Shown here: positions 20,492-30,772 of the stretch, piece by piece | Position numbering within the stretch: position 1 is the stretch's first letter | Layout of the letters: the number at the start of each line of letters is the position of its first letter | Made by a program: the position numbers and the translations under genes | Notes under the pieces: generated by a model | Database searches by the model: none | Told to the model about the DNA's origin: nothing | Seen by the model: the letters and a program-made list of their open reading frames with translations, nothing else | IMG/VR virus record: IMGVR_UViG_3300025137_000018 | Location: 1 to 64,000 of that record | Direction: 5' to 3' (one strand) | Length of the DNA: 64,000 nt | Origin: a virus

Positions 20492-20956
20492 ATGGCCACA
20501 CTAACTTCAAATAAAAACTATTTAAGTCCTGTTGGATTTAAATTTACTATTGACAATCAATTGTACCCTAATTTAGAATACTTTTGTACTGCAGTATCTT
20601 TACCATCAATTAGTATTGCTGAAGCACCAATGCCTTTCAGAGGAGCTAATGTAGGGTTTACTGGAGACAGAATTACATTTGATGATTTAACTGTTAAGTT
20701 TAATATTACTGAAGATATGGATAACTATAAAGAAACCTTTGATTGGATTCATAATATAGTTAATGTTGGAGAGAAATTTAAATCTGATGCCATTTTAAGT
20801 ATATTAACCTCACACAATAACGTAAGTAAAACTATTAGGTTCTCAGATGTTTTTCCTATTAGTTTAAGTGGTGTTGAATTTACAACAGGTGCTACTGAAA
20901 TTGAATACTTACAAGCAGACGTAACTTTTAAATATACCTCGTTTGAATTTATATAA
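20492..20956 (+). CDS. gp3: Tail completion protein gp3
   Basis: NYLSPVGFKF, FNITEDMDNYKE, FPISLSGVEF; position after gp23 as in marine T4-like phages. Confidence 0.88.
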   Translation: MATLTSNKNYLSPVGFKFTIDNQLYPNLEYFCTAVSLPSISIAEAPMPFRGANVGFTGDRITFDDLTVKFNITEDMDNYKETFDWIHNIVNVGEKFKSDAILSILTSHNNVSKTIRFSDVFPISLSGVEFTTGATEIEYLQADVTFKYTSFEFI

Positions 20957-20993
20957 TAACTACTATCATATATAGTAGTATAGGAAATTAATT

Positions 20994-21440
20994 ATGTTAG
21001 ATATTGAAAAAATATTAGAAATGTGGAAGAAAGACTCAAACATTGATGGAATGCAACTTGACGAATCTTCTAAAGACTCAGCAAAACTTCACGCAAAATA
21101 CCTCGAATTTGTAACACACAATCGTTTAGATCTTAAGAAAAGAGAAATGGAATTTAAAGTCTTACTTAAAGATAAGTGGTTACACTACAACGGAAAAATG
21201 TCTAGAGAAGATATTGACGATAGAGGTTGGGATTACGATCCATTAAATGGATTAAAAGTATTAAAAGGGGATATGGATTATTACTACGATTCAGATCCAG
21301 ATATTCAAAAGGCTCAAGCACGAATTGAATATCTTAAAACTACTGCAGACACATTAAAAGAAATATTAGATAATGTTAAGTGGAGACATCAGACTATTAA
21401 AAATATGATTGAGTGGAGAAAGTTTACTAGTGGTATTTAA
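20994..21440 (+). CDS. uvsY: Recombination mediator UvsY
   Basis: WKKDSNID, KLHAKYL, IKNMIEWRKF; upstream of uvsW. Confidence 0.92.
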   Translation: MLDIEKILEMWKKDSNIDGMQLDESSKDSAKLHAKYLEFVTHNRLDLKKREMEFKVLLKDKWLHYNGKMSREDIDDRGWDYDPLNGLKVLKGDMDYYYDSDPDIQKAQARIEYLKTTADTLKEILDNVKWRHQTIKNMIEWRKFTSGI

Positions 21441-22952
21441 ATGGATATAGTGACAGTTAAGAAACTTAACGAAACCTTTATACAGATACTAACTGATCCT
21501 GGTATCGAGCAAGAGTTAACAGAACACTTCTGTTTTTACGTTCCAGGGTATAAATTCATGCCAGCGTATAAAAATAGGATGTGGGATGGTAAAATACGCT
21601 TGTACGATCTTAGGCGTAAGACGTTGTATGGTGGATTGTTCCAATACCTTAATGAATTCTGTGAAGTTAGGGACTACACCCTGAAGATAGAGGAAGATGA
21701 GTACTATTCAAGGCCTGATATTGAACAAATTATTGATATTGAAGGGTTTATGAGTGAATTACGGCCTAGCGTGAACGGTAAGGGTATTATCCCCCATGAC
21801 TATCAACTTACGGCACTCTCGCTCTTGCTTTCGAAAACTAAAAGCCTTCTACTATCACCAACGGCTTCTGGAAAGAGTTTAATCATATATTTAGCTGTTA
21901 GATATTACCTAGAGACATATGATAACAAAGTCCTTTTAGTAGTACCAACAACGTCACTTGTTGAACAGATGTATTCTGATTTTAACGACTATTCTCAACT
22001 TGAGGATTGGAACGTAGAAGATAACTGCCATAGAATATATTCAGGTAAAGAAAAATATAATATAAAACCTAGGGTTATTATTACTACATGGCAATCAATT
22101 TATAAAATGAACCATGAATGGTTTGAACAATACGGCATGGTTATAGGCGATGAAGCACATTCATTTAAAGCTAAATCATTGACGTCAATATTAGAAAAAT
22201 GTACTGAAGCTAAATATAGAGTAGGTACTACAGGAACACTTGATGGAACATTAACTCATCAGTTAGTTTTAGAAGGTCTGTTTGGACCTGTACATAAAGT
22301 TACAACAACCAAAGAGTTGATGGATAAGAACACATTAGCTCAATTAGAGATACAGGTATTGCTTTTAAAATACGCTGACGAGTATTGTAAACTTGTAAAG
22401 AAAATGAAATATCACGATGAGCTAGATTTTATCGTAAAGTACGAACCACGAAATAATTTTATTAGTAATCTAGCTTTAGATCAAGATGGAAACACACTTA
22501 TATTATTTCAATTTGTAGAAAAGCATGGTAAACCATTACACTCGCTTTTACAAGATAAGATAAGTAAACTACCTCGTTCCGAGGAAAGGAAACTATTTTA
22601 TGTCTCAGGAGAAACCGATGTCGATACTAGGGAGAAGATTAGATCAATCACAGAGCAACAAGATGATGCAATTATTGTTGCTTCCATGGGTACTTTTTCT
22701 ACAGGGATCAATATTAAGCGTTTACATAATATCGTATTTGCTTCACCAAGTAAGTCTCAAATTAGGGTTCTCCAAAGTATCGGAAGAGGATTAAGAAAGA
22801 GTGCTGATGGTATAAATACTAAAGTGTACGATATTGCAGACGATCTACATTGGAAGAACAAAAAAAATTATACATTAGAACATGCAGGCGTACGAATTAG
22901 CATATATAGTAAAGAGAAATTTAATTATAAAATATTTGAGATAAAAATTTAA
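21441..22952 (+). CDS. uvsW: RNA-DNA/DNA helicase UvsW
   Basis: WDGKIRL, SPTASGKS, DEAH, QSIGRGLR SF2 motifs. Confidence 0.96.
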   Translation: MDIVTVKKLNETFIQILTDPGIEQELTEHFCFYVPGYKFMPAYKNRMWDGKIRLYDLRRKTLYGGLFQYLNEFCEVRDYTLKIEEDEYYSRPDIEQIIDIEGFMSELRPSVNGKGIIPHDYQLTALSLLLSKTKSLLLSPTASGKSLIIYLAVRYYLETYDNKVLLVVPTTSLVEQMYSDFNDYSQLEDWNVEDNCHRIYSGKEKYNIKPRVIITTWQSIYKMNHEWFEQYGMVIGDEAHSFKAKSLTSILEKCTEAKYRVGTTGTLDGTLTHQLVLEGLFGPVHKVTTTKELMDKNTLAQLEIQVLLLKYADEYCKLVKKMKYHDELDFIVKYEPRNNFISNLALDQDGNTLILFQFVEKHGKPLHSLLQDKISKLPRSEERKLFYVSGETDVDTREKIRSITEQQDDAIIVASMGTFSTGINIKRLHNIVFASPSKSQIRVLQSIGRGLRKSADGINTKVYDIADDLHWKNKKNYTLEHAGVRISIYSKEKFNYKIFEIKI

Positions 22953-23347
22953 TGGACATATCAGTAAGACAATTTAAATTATATAGTGGCGAAGACATTA
23001 TTGCTTTGGTTAGCAAAGTCGATGGTGAAAATTATATTGTCGAAAGACCATTTAGACTTATTCAAAACTTGATAGGTCAATACCAATTAACCCCATGGTT
23101 TCAATTTTCAGACCAAACACTATTTAAAATATTACGATCAAGAATTATTCATTCAGCTGAAATAAGTAAAGAAATAAGAGAAGCCTATATTAGTATAGCT
23201 TCACAGAAAAGAACTTTAGAGACGCCTGTCGGCGATTCGGACACTGAAGGTTTAGAAGAATATGTTAAGATGTTAAAAGACATCGATCCTAATAACGATA
23301 TAGAAGATTCCCTTGATGATGAACCAAAAGAACGAACAATACATTAG
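22952..23347 (+). CDS. Conserved hypothetical protein (Sm-like N-terminus)
   Basis: FKLYSGEDIIA motif; start overlaps the uvsW stop. Confidence 0.7.
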   Translation: MDISVRQFKLYSGEDIIALVSKVDGENYIVERPFRLIQNLIGQYQLTPWFQFSDQTLFKILRSRIIHSAEISKEIREAYISIASQKRTLETPVGDSDTEGLEEYVKMLKDIDPNNDIEDSLDDEPKERTIH

Positions 23348-23380
23348 CTTTATATTACCCTCCCTCGGAACCACTCTATT

Positions 23381-23409
23381 ATTATACCACGTTTTCTGTA
23401 ATTTGTACA
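23381..23409 (-). promoter_or_regulatory. Antisense sigma70-like promoter TGTACA-N14-TGGTATAAT
   Basis: Reverse complement reads TGTACAAATTACAGAAAACGTGGTATAAT, with the same spacing as the ten forward copies. Confidence 0.8.
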
Positions 23410-23437
23410 GGACTTTCTGCAATAAAAGGCAATTAAA

Positions 23438-23641
23438 ATGATATATAAACCTGATCAAAATGAGATGATGTTTTGCGATTATAGAATACATCGAAAGAAT
23501 AATGCATTAGTAATCGATAAAGATCTTAACATTCAAAAGTTTTTTAACTTTAATGATGGGGACACCCTACGCGTTAGCGTTAATGAAACAGACGATGGAT
23601 TAATGCAAACAACATTCACAAAACTATGTACAAATGAATGA
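23438..23641 (+). CDS. Small hypothetical protein
   Basis: 67 aa ORF with weak SD (AAGG). Confidence 0.55.
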   Translation: MIYKPDQNEMMFCDYRIHRKNNALVIDKDLNIQKFFNFNDGDTLRVSVNETDDGLMQTTFTKLCTNE

Positions 23642-23655
23642 TTTTATGGTATAAT
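23627..23655 (+). promoter_or_regulatory. Early/middle promoter TGTACA-N14-TGGTATAAT (gp55)
   Basis: Member of the repeated promoter family. Confidence 0.85.
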
Positions 23656-23690
23656 AGTACCTATACAACATTAATAATGGAGATTTAACT

Positions 23691-24257
23691 ATGGCAGATC
23701 CAAAGCAAAAGCCACACTATATTAATAACAAAGAATTTTCACTCGCTGTAGTTGATTATGTTACTAATAAAAATAAGTTGGAAGAAGAAGGTAAAGAAAC
23801 CCCTAAGGTTACTAACTATATTGCCTCTTGCTTCTTAAAAATATCAGAAGGTTTATCCCACAGACCAAACTTTGTAAGATACACATACAGAGAAGAAATG
23901 GTTATGGATGCAGTAGAAAATTGTTTAAAGGCTATTTCTAATTACAATATTGAAACAGCAACAAGAACTGGAAAGCCAAACGCATTTTCATATTTTACTC
24001 AAATTTGCTACTTTGCGTTTATTCGTAGAATTACAAAAGAGAAAAAGCAACAAGATATTAAATTTAGGTTTATTGAAAGAATGGGTATTGAAGATTTTGC
24101 TCAAATGGGAATGGATGATGCAGGTGCACAACAAACCATGGAGTATATCGATACATTAAGACAAAGAATTGCTAAGGTTAAAACTTCTGACGAAAAGATT
24201 AAGAAGTTTGCTAAGGCAGAAAAAGATTTAGAAAAACTAGAATTATTTATGGTATAA
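23691..24257 (+). CDS. gp55: Late sigma factor gp55
   Basis: HYINNKEF, LSHRPNFVRYTYREEM..DAVENC, NAFSYFTQI..FAFIRRI.KEKKQ. Confidence 0.96.
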   Translation: MADPKQKPHYINNKEFSLAVVDYVTNKNKLEEEGKETPKVTNYIASCFLKISEGLSHRPNFVRYTYREEMVMDAVENCLKAISNYNIETATRTGKPNAFSYFTQICYFAFIRRITKEKKQQDIKFRFIERMGIEDFAQMGMDDAGAQQTMEYIDTLRQRIAKVKTSDEKIKKFAKAEKDLEKLELFMV

Positions 24258-24258
24258 T

Positions 24259-25320
24259 ATGAAAGTAGCTATTTTAAACGATACACATTGTGGTGTAAGA
24301 AATTCATCAGATATATTTTTAAACTATCAAAGAAGATTTTATGAGGAAATATTCTTTCCTTATTTAAAAGAACATAATATTAAACAAATACTTCACTTAG
24401 GTGATTACTACGAACATCGTAAATTTGTTAATTTTAAAGCTCTTAACCAAAACCGTAGAGACTTCTTAGAACCAATGAGAGACGCTGGTATTACTATGGA
24501 TATTATACCTGGTAATCATGATGTGTACTTTAAGAATACTAATGAGCTTTGTTCTCTAAAAGAATTACTAGGCTATTTTACATCTAATGTTAATATCATT
24601 ATGAAGCCTAAAGTATTAGATTATGCTGGTTGCGGTATTGCAGTAATACCATGGATTAATAATTCTAACTATGCTGAATACACAAAGTTTCTTAAAAACT
24701 GTAAGGCTTCTATAGTAGGAGCTCATCTTGAGTTAAAAGGTTTTGATATGATGGCAGGTATATCTAATCCTCACGGTATGGACTCTGATATATTCCAAAG
24801 ATTTGAATTAGTACTCTCAGGACATTTTCATACTAAATCATCTAGAGGACCAATTCATTATCTTGGTGCACAATTTGAATTTACATGGGCAGACGTCGAT
24901 GATCCAAAATATTTTCATGTAATAGATACAGAAACGAGAGAGATTACACCAGTGCGTAATCCTATTACAATGTTTAAAAAGTTTGTATATGACGACGAAA
25001 ATCATGATTATTCTAACATTGATATGGAACAATTTAAAGAAAAGTTTGTTAAGATTATAGTATTAAATAAAAATGATCTATACATGTTCGATAAATTTAT
25101 CGACAAGTTGCAATCTATTGAAACATACGAATTAAAAATAGCGGAAAACTTTGAAGAATTCTTAGGAGATAGCGTTGAGGACGATAAAGTTTCCCTTGAA
25201 GATACTACTGTTTTACTAGATTCATATGTTGAAGCTGTCGATACTGATTTAGATAAAGATCATTTAAAAGTTGAATTGAGAAAGCTTTACACTGAAGCTC
25301 AGAACCTAGAGGTAGTATGA
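24259..25320 (+). CDS. gp47: Recombination endonuclease gp47 (Mre11-like)
   Basis: DTHCG, HLGD, GNHD, SGHFH metallophosphoesterase motifs. Confidence 0.96.
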   Translation: MKVAILNDTHCGVRNSSDIFLNYQRRFYEEIFFPYLKEHNIKQILHLGDYYEHRKFVNFKALNQNRRDFLEPMRDAGITMDIIPGNHDVYFKNTNELCSLKELLGYFTSNVNIIMKPKVLDYAGCGIAVIPWINNSNYAEYTKFLKNCKASIVGAHLELKGFDMMAGISNPHGMDSDIFQRFELVLSGHFHTKSSRGPIHYLGAQFEFTWADVDDPKYFHVIDTETREITPVRNPITMFKKFVYDDENHDYSNIDMEQFKEKFVKIIVLNKNDLYMFDKFIDKLQSIETYELKIAENFEEFLGDSVEDDKVSLEDTTVLLDSYVEAVDTDLDKDHLKVELRKLYTEAQNLEVV

Positions 25321-27032
25321 TAAATTTTAAATACGTAAAGTGGAAGAACTTTTTGTCCACTGGAAACGAATTTACAAAGATACAATTAGATAAAACACCA
25401 TCAACACTTATAGTAGGATCAAACGGCGCAGGTAAATCTACATTACTAGATGCATTATCATATTCCTTATTTGGTAAAGCTCATAGAGATATTAAGAAAG
25501 ACCAATTGGTTAATTCTATTAATAAAAAAGGCACCGAAGTAGAAGTTGAATTTGAAATTGGCGGAATAGATTTTAAAGTTAGAAGAACTATTAAACCTAC
25601 TAAGTTTGAAATATACCAAAACGGAAAAATAATTAACCAAGCAGCAAATGCTAGAGATTATCAAAAGTTCTTAGAACAAAATATACTTAAACTTAACCAT
25701 AAATCATTTCACCAGGTAGTAGTACTTGGTAGCAGTTCCTTTATTCCTTTTATGCAATTACCACCATGGTCGCGCAGAAAGGTTATTGAAGATTTACTAG
25801 ATATTAACATTTTTAGTAAAATGAATGGTTTATTAAAGGAAAGAAATTCTAAAATAAAAGATGAACTAGTAGATCTAGATCATAACCTAGAACTAGTAAA
25901 ATCTAAAATCCAAAGCCAAACTAAATATATTAAAGATCTTCAAGGTATTAACCAAGATATGATCGATGCTAAGTATTCTATGATGAAAGAACATAAAACA
26001 GAAATACAAGGATATATTAGTAAGTCTTCAGAGCTTGGAGAAAATTTATCTACAAATCTAAAAGAAATTAATAGATCATATGCAGTTACTGATTCTGATA
26101 TTAGACAGCTTCAAAGAAAAGAACATGAATTAACTGATAAAATAAAAGGCATGGTAAAAGAAGCTAGATTCTATGAAGACAACGATCACTGTCCTACATG
26201 TGATCATGCCTTAGAAGATAGTTTTAAAGAATCTAAACTTACTCAGATTAAAGAAGAAGCTAATAAAATTCAAAATGAAATGTCCAAGGTTGTAAAACAA
26301 GTTGGTTTCTTAGAAAAAGAAGCAACTGTCGCAAAAAAGACAATCGAGAATTTACTTAAAAGACAAAATCAAATAACTACAAATAACGAAGCTGTAAGTT
26401 TACTACAAAAAGAAATTGATAAAATCCAAAAAGATATTAGAAGTCTTAATGGCCAATCAGGTGATATAACAATAGCAAAGACTGATCTATCCGACCAAAG
26501 AGAAAAGAAAGATACTATGACAGAAAAGAAATTGTCATATGTAGAAGAAAGAACATATAATGAAGTCATAGGAGAAATGCTTAAAGATACTGGAATTAAA
26601 ACTAAAGTAATTAAACAGTATTTACCTGTAATGAATAGATTTATAAATCAGTATTTGCAAACACTAGATTTCTTTGTAGCTTTTCATTTAGACGAAGCTT
26701 TTAATGAAACTATTAGGAGTCGTCATAGGGATGCATTTAACTATTCATCATTCTCAGAAGGTGAAAAACAAAGAATCGATTTAGCCTTATTGTTCACATG
26801 GCGAATGATAGCTAAAATGAAAAATTCAGCTGCTACTAACTTATTGGTTTTAGATGAAACATTTGATTCATCATTGGATCTTGATGGTATTGATAACCTT
26901 ACTAAAATCCTAAATACACTAGAGGAAGGAACCAATGTGTTTATTATATCACATAAGGGCGATGTTCTAGAGAATAAATTTAGGTCTAAAATAGAGTTCT
27001 ATAAAGACAGAAACTTTTCTAAAATAAAGTAA
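25317..27032 (+). CDS. gp46: Recombination ATPase gp46 (Rad50-like)
   Basis: GSNGAGKST, CPTC zinc hook, FSEGEK signature, LDETFD. Confidence 0.96.
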   Translation: MINFKYVKWKNFLSTGNEFTKIQLDKTPSTLIVGSNGAGKSTLLDALSYSLFGKAHRDIKKDQLVNSINKKGTEVEVEFEIGGIDFKVRRTIKPTKFEIYQNGKIINQAANARDYQKFLEQNILKLNHKSFHQVVVLGSSSFIPFMQLPPWSRRKVIEDLLDINIFSKMNGLLKERNSKIKDELVDLDHNLELVKSKIQSQTKYIKDLQGINQDMIDAKYSMMKEHKTEIQGYISKSSELGENLSTNLKEINRSYAVTDSDIRQLQRKEHELTDKIKGMVKEARFYEDNDHCPTCDHALEDSFKESKLTQIKEEANKIQNEMSKVVKQVGFLEKEATVAKKTIENLLKRQNQITTNNEAVSLLQKEIDKIQKDIRSLNGQSGDITIAKTDLSDQREKKDTMTEKKLSYVEERTYNEVIGEMLKDTGIKTKVIKQYLPVMNRFINQYLQTLDFFVAFHLDEAFNETIRSRHRDAFNYSSFSEGEKQRIDLALLFTWRMIAKMKNSAATNLLVLDETFDSSLDLDGIDNLTKILNTLEEGTNVFIISHKGDVLENKFRSKIEFYKDRNFSKIK

Positions 27033-27051
27033 TTTATATAAAAGTGTAACA

Positions 27052-27116
27052 TAGGCTAATTATTTTGCAAATAAATGCAAATAACCCTGTACAATCCACC
27101 ATGATCCTGGTATAAT
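27052..27116 (+). promoter_or_regulatory. Early promoter with conserved 36 bp upstream element (copy 1)
   Basis: TAGGCTAATTATTTTGCAAATAAATGCAAATAACCC + TGTACA-N14-TGGTATAAT. Confidence 0.88.
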
Positions 27117-27144
27117 GGTTATATAGATTAAGGAGATAAGGATT

Positions 27145-27369
27145 ATGAAACAAGGTTTAATTTTACACCACATCGCTACAGGGATCATTCAAGAGGTTCC
27201 TTTAAACGGCAAAGAGATGCAATTGGCTATGGATAAAGGCCCTACTATAAATGATAGCTGGGACTTAATGGTAGCTTCAGTGGCCTCTAGGTCAGACATT
27301 ACAATCAACGACGGCAACTGGGATTTAGAACAAATCGTAGTTAATGGCGTTTCAAAGGTAGCACATTAA
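27145..27369 (+). CDS. Hypothetical early protein
   Basis: 74 aa, strong SD, directly behind the early promoter. Confidence 0.75.
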   Translation: MKQGLILHHIATGIIQEVPLNGKEMQLAMDKGPTINDSWDLMVASVASRSDITINDGNWDLEQIVVNGVSKVAH

Positions 27370-29537
27370 TGAATAATAGTTTAGCAAAACTTCTAGCAAC
27401 AGAAAATATCACGGTACAAGTTGGTAATTATAATACTGCTTGGTTTGATATTAAATCCAGAGTACTAGGTCTTCCTGATTGGAAGGACATGTCAAAAGAC
27501 GTTGAAGATCTTTTTATAGGTCACGAAGTAGGTCATGCATTATTTACTCCATACGAAGGCTGGCACGATAGCCCAGAAAAATTAAAGGGATGTCCTAGGT
27601 CATACATTAATGTAGTTGAAGACGCTAGGATCGAAAAAAACATTAAATCAAAATATCCTGGATTGGTTGGACCAATGGCAAGAGGATATACTTCATTAGT
27701 AGCTAAGGAATTCTTTGGTGATCTTACTGATATTGATTGGGATAATGTAAAACTCATTGATAAAATTAATCTTAAAGCTAAGATTGGTACACTATTAGAT
27801 GTTCCAATGAATTCAGAAGAATCAACATTATATAATGCTACAATGGTTACTGAATCATTCGAAGACGTTTTAAATGTTGTTAGAGATATCTTAGCTTATA
27901 CTAAAGAAAACCAAGAAGATCTAATTCAAAAACCAGAGTCGCTTCCAGACTTTGATGAAAGCGATACTGAAGAAGAAAATAACGATCCTACTAGTCAAGG
28001 TCATGATGATTTTGAAGAAGATGAAGAAGATAGCTCGAGCTCAAACGATGGTGATAATCCAAGCGAACAAGACGAGAATACTCCTTCATCTACTTCATCT
28101 AACGACGAAGCAGTAGCTTCTCCTTTACCAGTGCATAATGATGAAGATGTATCTATTACAGATGAAATCTTTAGAGCAAAGGAAAAGGATTTAATACCTG
28201 AGTCAGCAAATACATTTTATGCTAATGATATCAAGGACGTTACACCCTTTATTATTCCATTTAAAGATTTAATGGTTGAAAGAAAAAAGGTATTAGAAAG
28301 TTTTAATTATGAATTCGACGATGGAACTGTTAATAAAAAACAACTTCTTACAATGAAAATGGAAGTAGAGTTTAAAAAGTACTTAACTAAAGTTAAGAAA
28401 GCAGTTCAACCAGCAGTAAAGGAATTCGAGCAAAAGAAAGCTGCGCATCAATGGCAGTATGCTACTACAGCAAAAACTGGTAGACTTGATGTTAACAAAT
28501 TACACTCATACAAAATATCAGAAGACATTTTTTCACAAACGACTAACCTAGCCAATTCTAAAAATCATGGAATGTTTATGTTAATTGATTATTCTGGATC
28601 AATGTCAGGTGTTTTAAGTAATGTACTAGAGCAATTAATTCATAGCATTATATTCTGTAAATCAGTTAATATACCATTTGATGTATATGCATTTACAACT
28701 GGTGGAAATCACAGCTATGAATCTTATAGAGATGGTGATTTTAATATGGATAATCTATCAATGCCTCAGCTTATTCATTCAGATCTTAAAAAGAATGATT
28801 TTGAATTAGCTTTAAAATATCTTTATGCTAGAATGGAATGTGCTAGAGGATCTCATGATTATTCAATATATGCTAGATGCGAAGAATGGGGATCAACTCC
28901 TTTAAACCATGCTCTAGTTTGTTCACACAAATTAATTAGAAAATTTAAAGCAATAAAAAATCTAGAAAAAGTTAACCTTATGTTAATCACAGATGGCGAT
29001 ACAAACAGATTGAGTATTATTGAAGATAGATCTCTTAGTGACAAGAAGCTTCCTTCTTCTAACTCATACTATGGTTATGATGCTGCAATTAAAACTACTA
29101 TTGACGGCAAAAGAGTAACACTAGCTGGAAGAGGTGTTACTGGTACTAAAAGTCTTTTACAAAATCTTAAGAAAAGATACGGAGTTAACGTTATAGGATT
29201 TTATATTGCTGATTCTAGAGGCGATTTAAATAGTGCTATATTCTCAAGTTATAGAGATCAAAATAAAGATGCTAATGATTGGGATACTAGTTTTGATAAG
29301 CATAAGAAAATCAAGTTAAAGGAAAGAAACAAAAATAAATGTATCGAGTACAAAAACAGTAAAGGCTACGATAATCTTTATATTGTGTTAGACAAAGAGT
29401 TTAGTACAAACGAAGACGAATTTGAAGCCACTTCTGATCAAACTAAAAGCCAAATAACAAGAGCATTTAAAAAGTATAGCTCAAGTAAAAAGGTTAATAA
29501 GAGTTTGATGAGTAAATTTGGCCAAGCAGTAGCATAG
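27369..29537 (+). CDS. Zn-metallopeptidase-like/vWA domain protein (partner of the CobS-like ATPase)
   Basis: HEVGH (HExxH) plus EDARIE, acidic linker, MIDAS motif DYSGS, ITDGD. Confidence 0.85.
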   Translation: MNNSLAKLLATENITVQVGNYNTAWFDIKSRVLGLPDWKDMSKDVEDLFIGHEVGHALFTPYEGWHDSPEKLKGCPRSYINVVEDARIEKNIKSKYPGLVGPMARGYTSLVAKEFFGDLTDIDWDNVKLIDKINLKAKIGTLLDVPMNSEESTLYNATMVTESFEDVLNVVRDILAYTKENQEDLIQKPESLPDFDESDTEEENNDPTSQGHDDFEEDEEDSSSSNDGDNPSEQDENTPSSTSSNDEAVASPLPVHNDEDVSITDEIFRAKEKDLIPESANTFYANDIKDVTPFIIPFKDLMVERKKVLESFNYEFDDGTVNKKQLLTMKMEVEFKKYLTKVKKAVQPAVKEFEQKKAAHQWQYATTAKTGRLDVNKLHSYKISEDIFSQTTNLANSKNHGMFMLIDYSGSMSGVLSNVLEQLIHSIIFCKSVNIPFDVYAFTTGGNHSYESYRDGDFNMDNLSMPQLIHSDLKKNDFELALKYLYARMECARGSHDYSIYARCEEWGSTPLNHALVCSHKLIRKFKAIKNLEKVNLMLITDGDTNRLSIIEDRSLSDKKLPSSNSYYGYDAAIKTTIDGKRVTLAGRGVTGTKSLLQNLKKRYGVNVIGFYIADSRGDLNSAIFSSYRDQNKDANDWDTSFDKHKKIKLKERNKNKCIEYKNSKGYDNLYIVLDKEFSTNEDEFEATSDQTKSQITRAFKKYSSSKKVNKSLMSKFGQAVA

Positions 29538-29609
29538 TGATACTTAGGCTAATTATTTTGCAAATAAATGCAAATAACCCTGTACACTGTGCACTAGCTA
29601 TGGTATAAT
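29536..29609 (+). promoter_or_regulatory. Early promoter with conserved upstream element (copy 2)
   Basis: AGTGATACTTAGGCTAATTATTTTGCAAATAAATGCAAATAACCCTGTACA-N14-TGGTATAAT. Confidence 0.88.
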
Positions 29610-29638
29610 AGTTATATAAATTGATAAGGAACTATATT

Positions 29639-30772
29639 ATGAACGTAAATACAAACACAATACTAAAAAGCTTAATGGAAACATATCCAGATAGCACTGT
29701 CTTTAAAAAGGCAGAAATCGTATCCATAGCAAATTCGCTAGGATTTAAAAAGAGTGATTATTCACCTCTAACTTTAACTGATAACAGGACCGATGTCAGA
29801 GGTCAATACGATCTTTCAGCTGTTATCATTCCAATGAGGGAATCTAATACAATGGCTAAAACATCACCAACAGTAGTTGGAATGCAATCAATAGTAAATG
29901 AAGAGAAAACATTCGCTTCAGTTGATCCTACATTCGTACCATGGGGTGCATATTCAGACGTCGTTAAAGTCGTTAAATCTGAAATGTTCTATCCTATCTA
30001 TGTGTCAGGTTTAAGCGGTAATGGTAAAACCTTTATGGTCGAACAAGCCTGTGCTAAAGAAGGTAGAGAGTTTATTAGAGTGCAAATTAATCCAGAGACC
30101 GATGAAGACGATTTAATTGGTGGATTCAGATTGATCAATGGCGAAACGGTTTTCTCCAAAGGCCCAGTTCTAAAAGCTATGGAGAACGGAGCAATTCTTC
30201 TCCTAGATGAAATTGATAGAGCTACTAATAAGATCATGTGTCTTCAGGGAATCCTAGAAGGTAAGCCAGTCCTAGTTAAGAAAACTGGAGAGGTAGTTAA
30301 ACCTACTAATGGATTCAATGTAATAGCAACTGCTAACACAAAAGGTAAAGGGTCAGACGATGGAAGATTCACAGCAGCTTCTATCATTGATGATGCTTTC
30401 CTAGAAAGATTCACAATATCAATCGATCAAGCATTTCCATCAATATCAGTTGAAAAGAAAATTGTTAATAACCACATGAAAAAATTTGGAGAAGTCGACA
30501 GTGATTTCGCTGATAACCTAGTGGGATGGGCCGACATCATAAGAAAAACTTTCTATGATGATGGGGTCGATGAGGTTATTTCAACAAGAAGGTTATGTCA
30601 TATCGCACAAACATTCTCGATCTTTAAAGATAAAATGAAATCAATCGATTTATGTATATCAAGGTTTGACGATGACACAAAAGCAGCATTCCTAGATCTT
30701 TACAGTAAGGTCGATGCAGGTATAGAAACAATTACTGACGAGGATTATAATGGCGAAACAGATCAACTATAA
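29639..30772 (+). CDS. cobS: CobS-like MoxR-family AAA+ ATPase
   Basis: GLSGNGKT, LLLDEID, ATANTKGKG, FLERF, ISTRRL; ATG at 29639 has an AAGGA SD. Confidence 0.9.
   Translation: MNVNTNTILKSLMETYPDSTVFKKAEIVSIANSLGFKKSDYSPLTLTDNRTDVRGQYDLSAVIIPMRESNTMAKTSPTVVGMQSIVNEEKTFASVDPTFVPWGAYSDVVKVVKSEMFYPIYVSGLSGNGKTFMVEQACAKEGREFIRVQINPETDEDDLIGGFRLINGETVFSKGPVLKAMENGAILLLDEIDRATNKIMCLQGILEGKPVLVKKTGEVVKPTNGFNVIATANTKGKGSDDGRFTAASIIDDAFLERFTISIDQAFPSISVEKKIVNNHMKKFGEVDSDFADNLVGWADIIRKTFYDDGVDEVISTRRLCHIAQTFSIFKDKMKSIDLCISRFDDDTKAAFLDLYSKVDAGIETITDEDYNGETDQL

Noticed and set aside
29639-30772. Cobalamin-biosynthesis auxiliary metabolic gene
   Set aside because: No other cob genes are present. It is a MoxR-type ATPase paired with a vWA protein.
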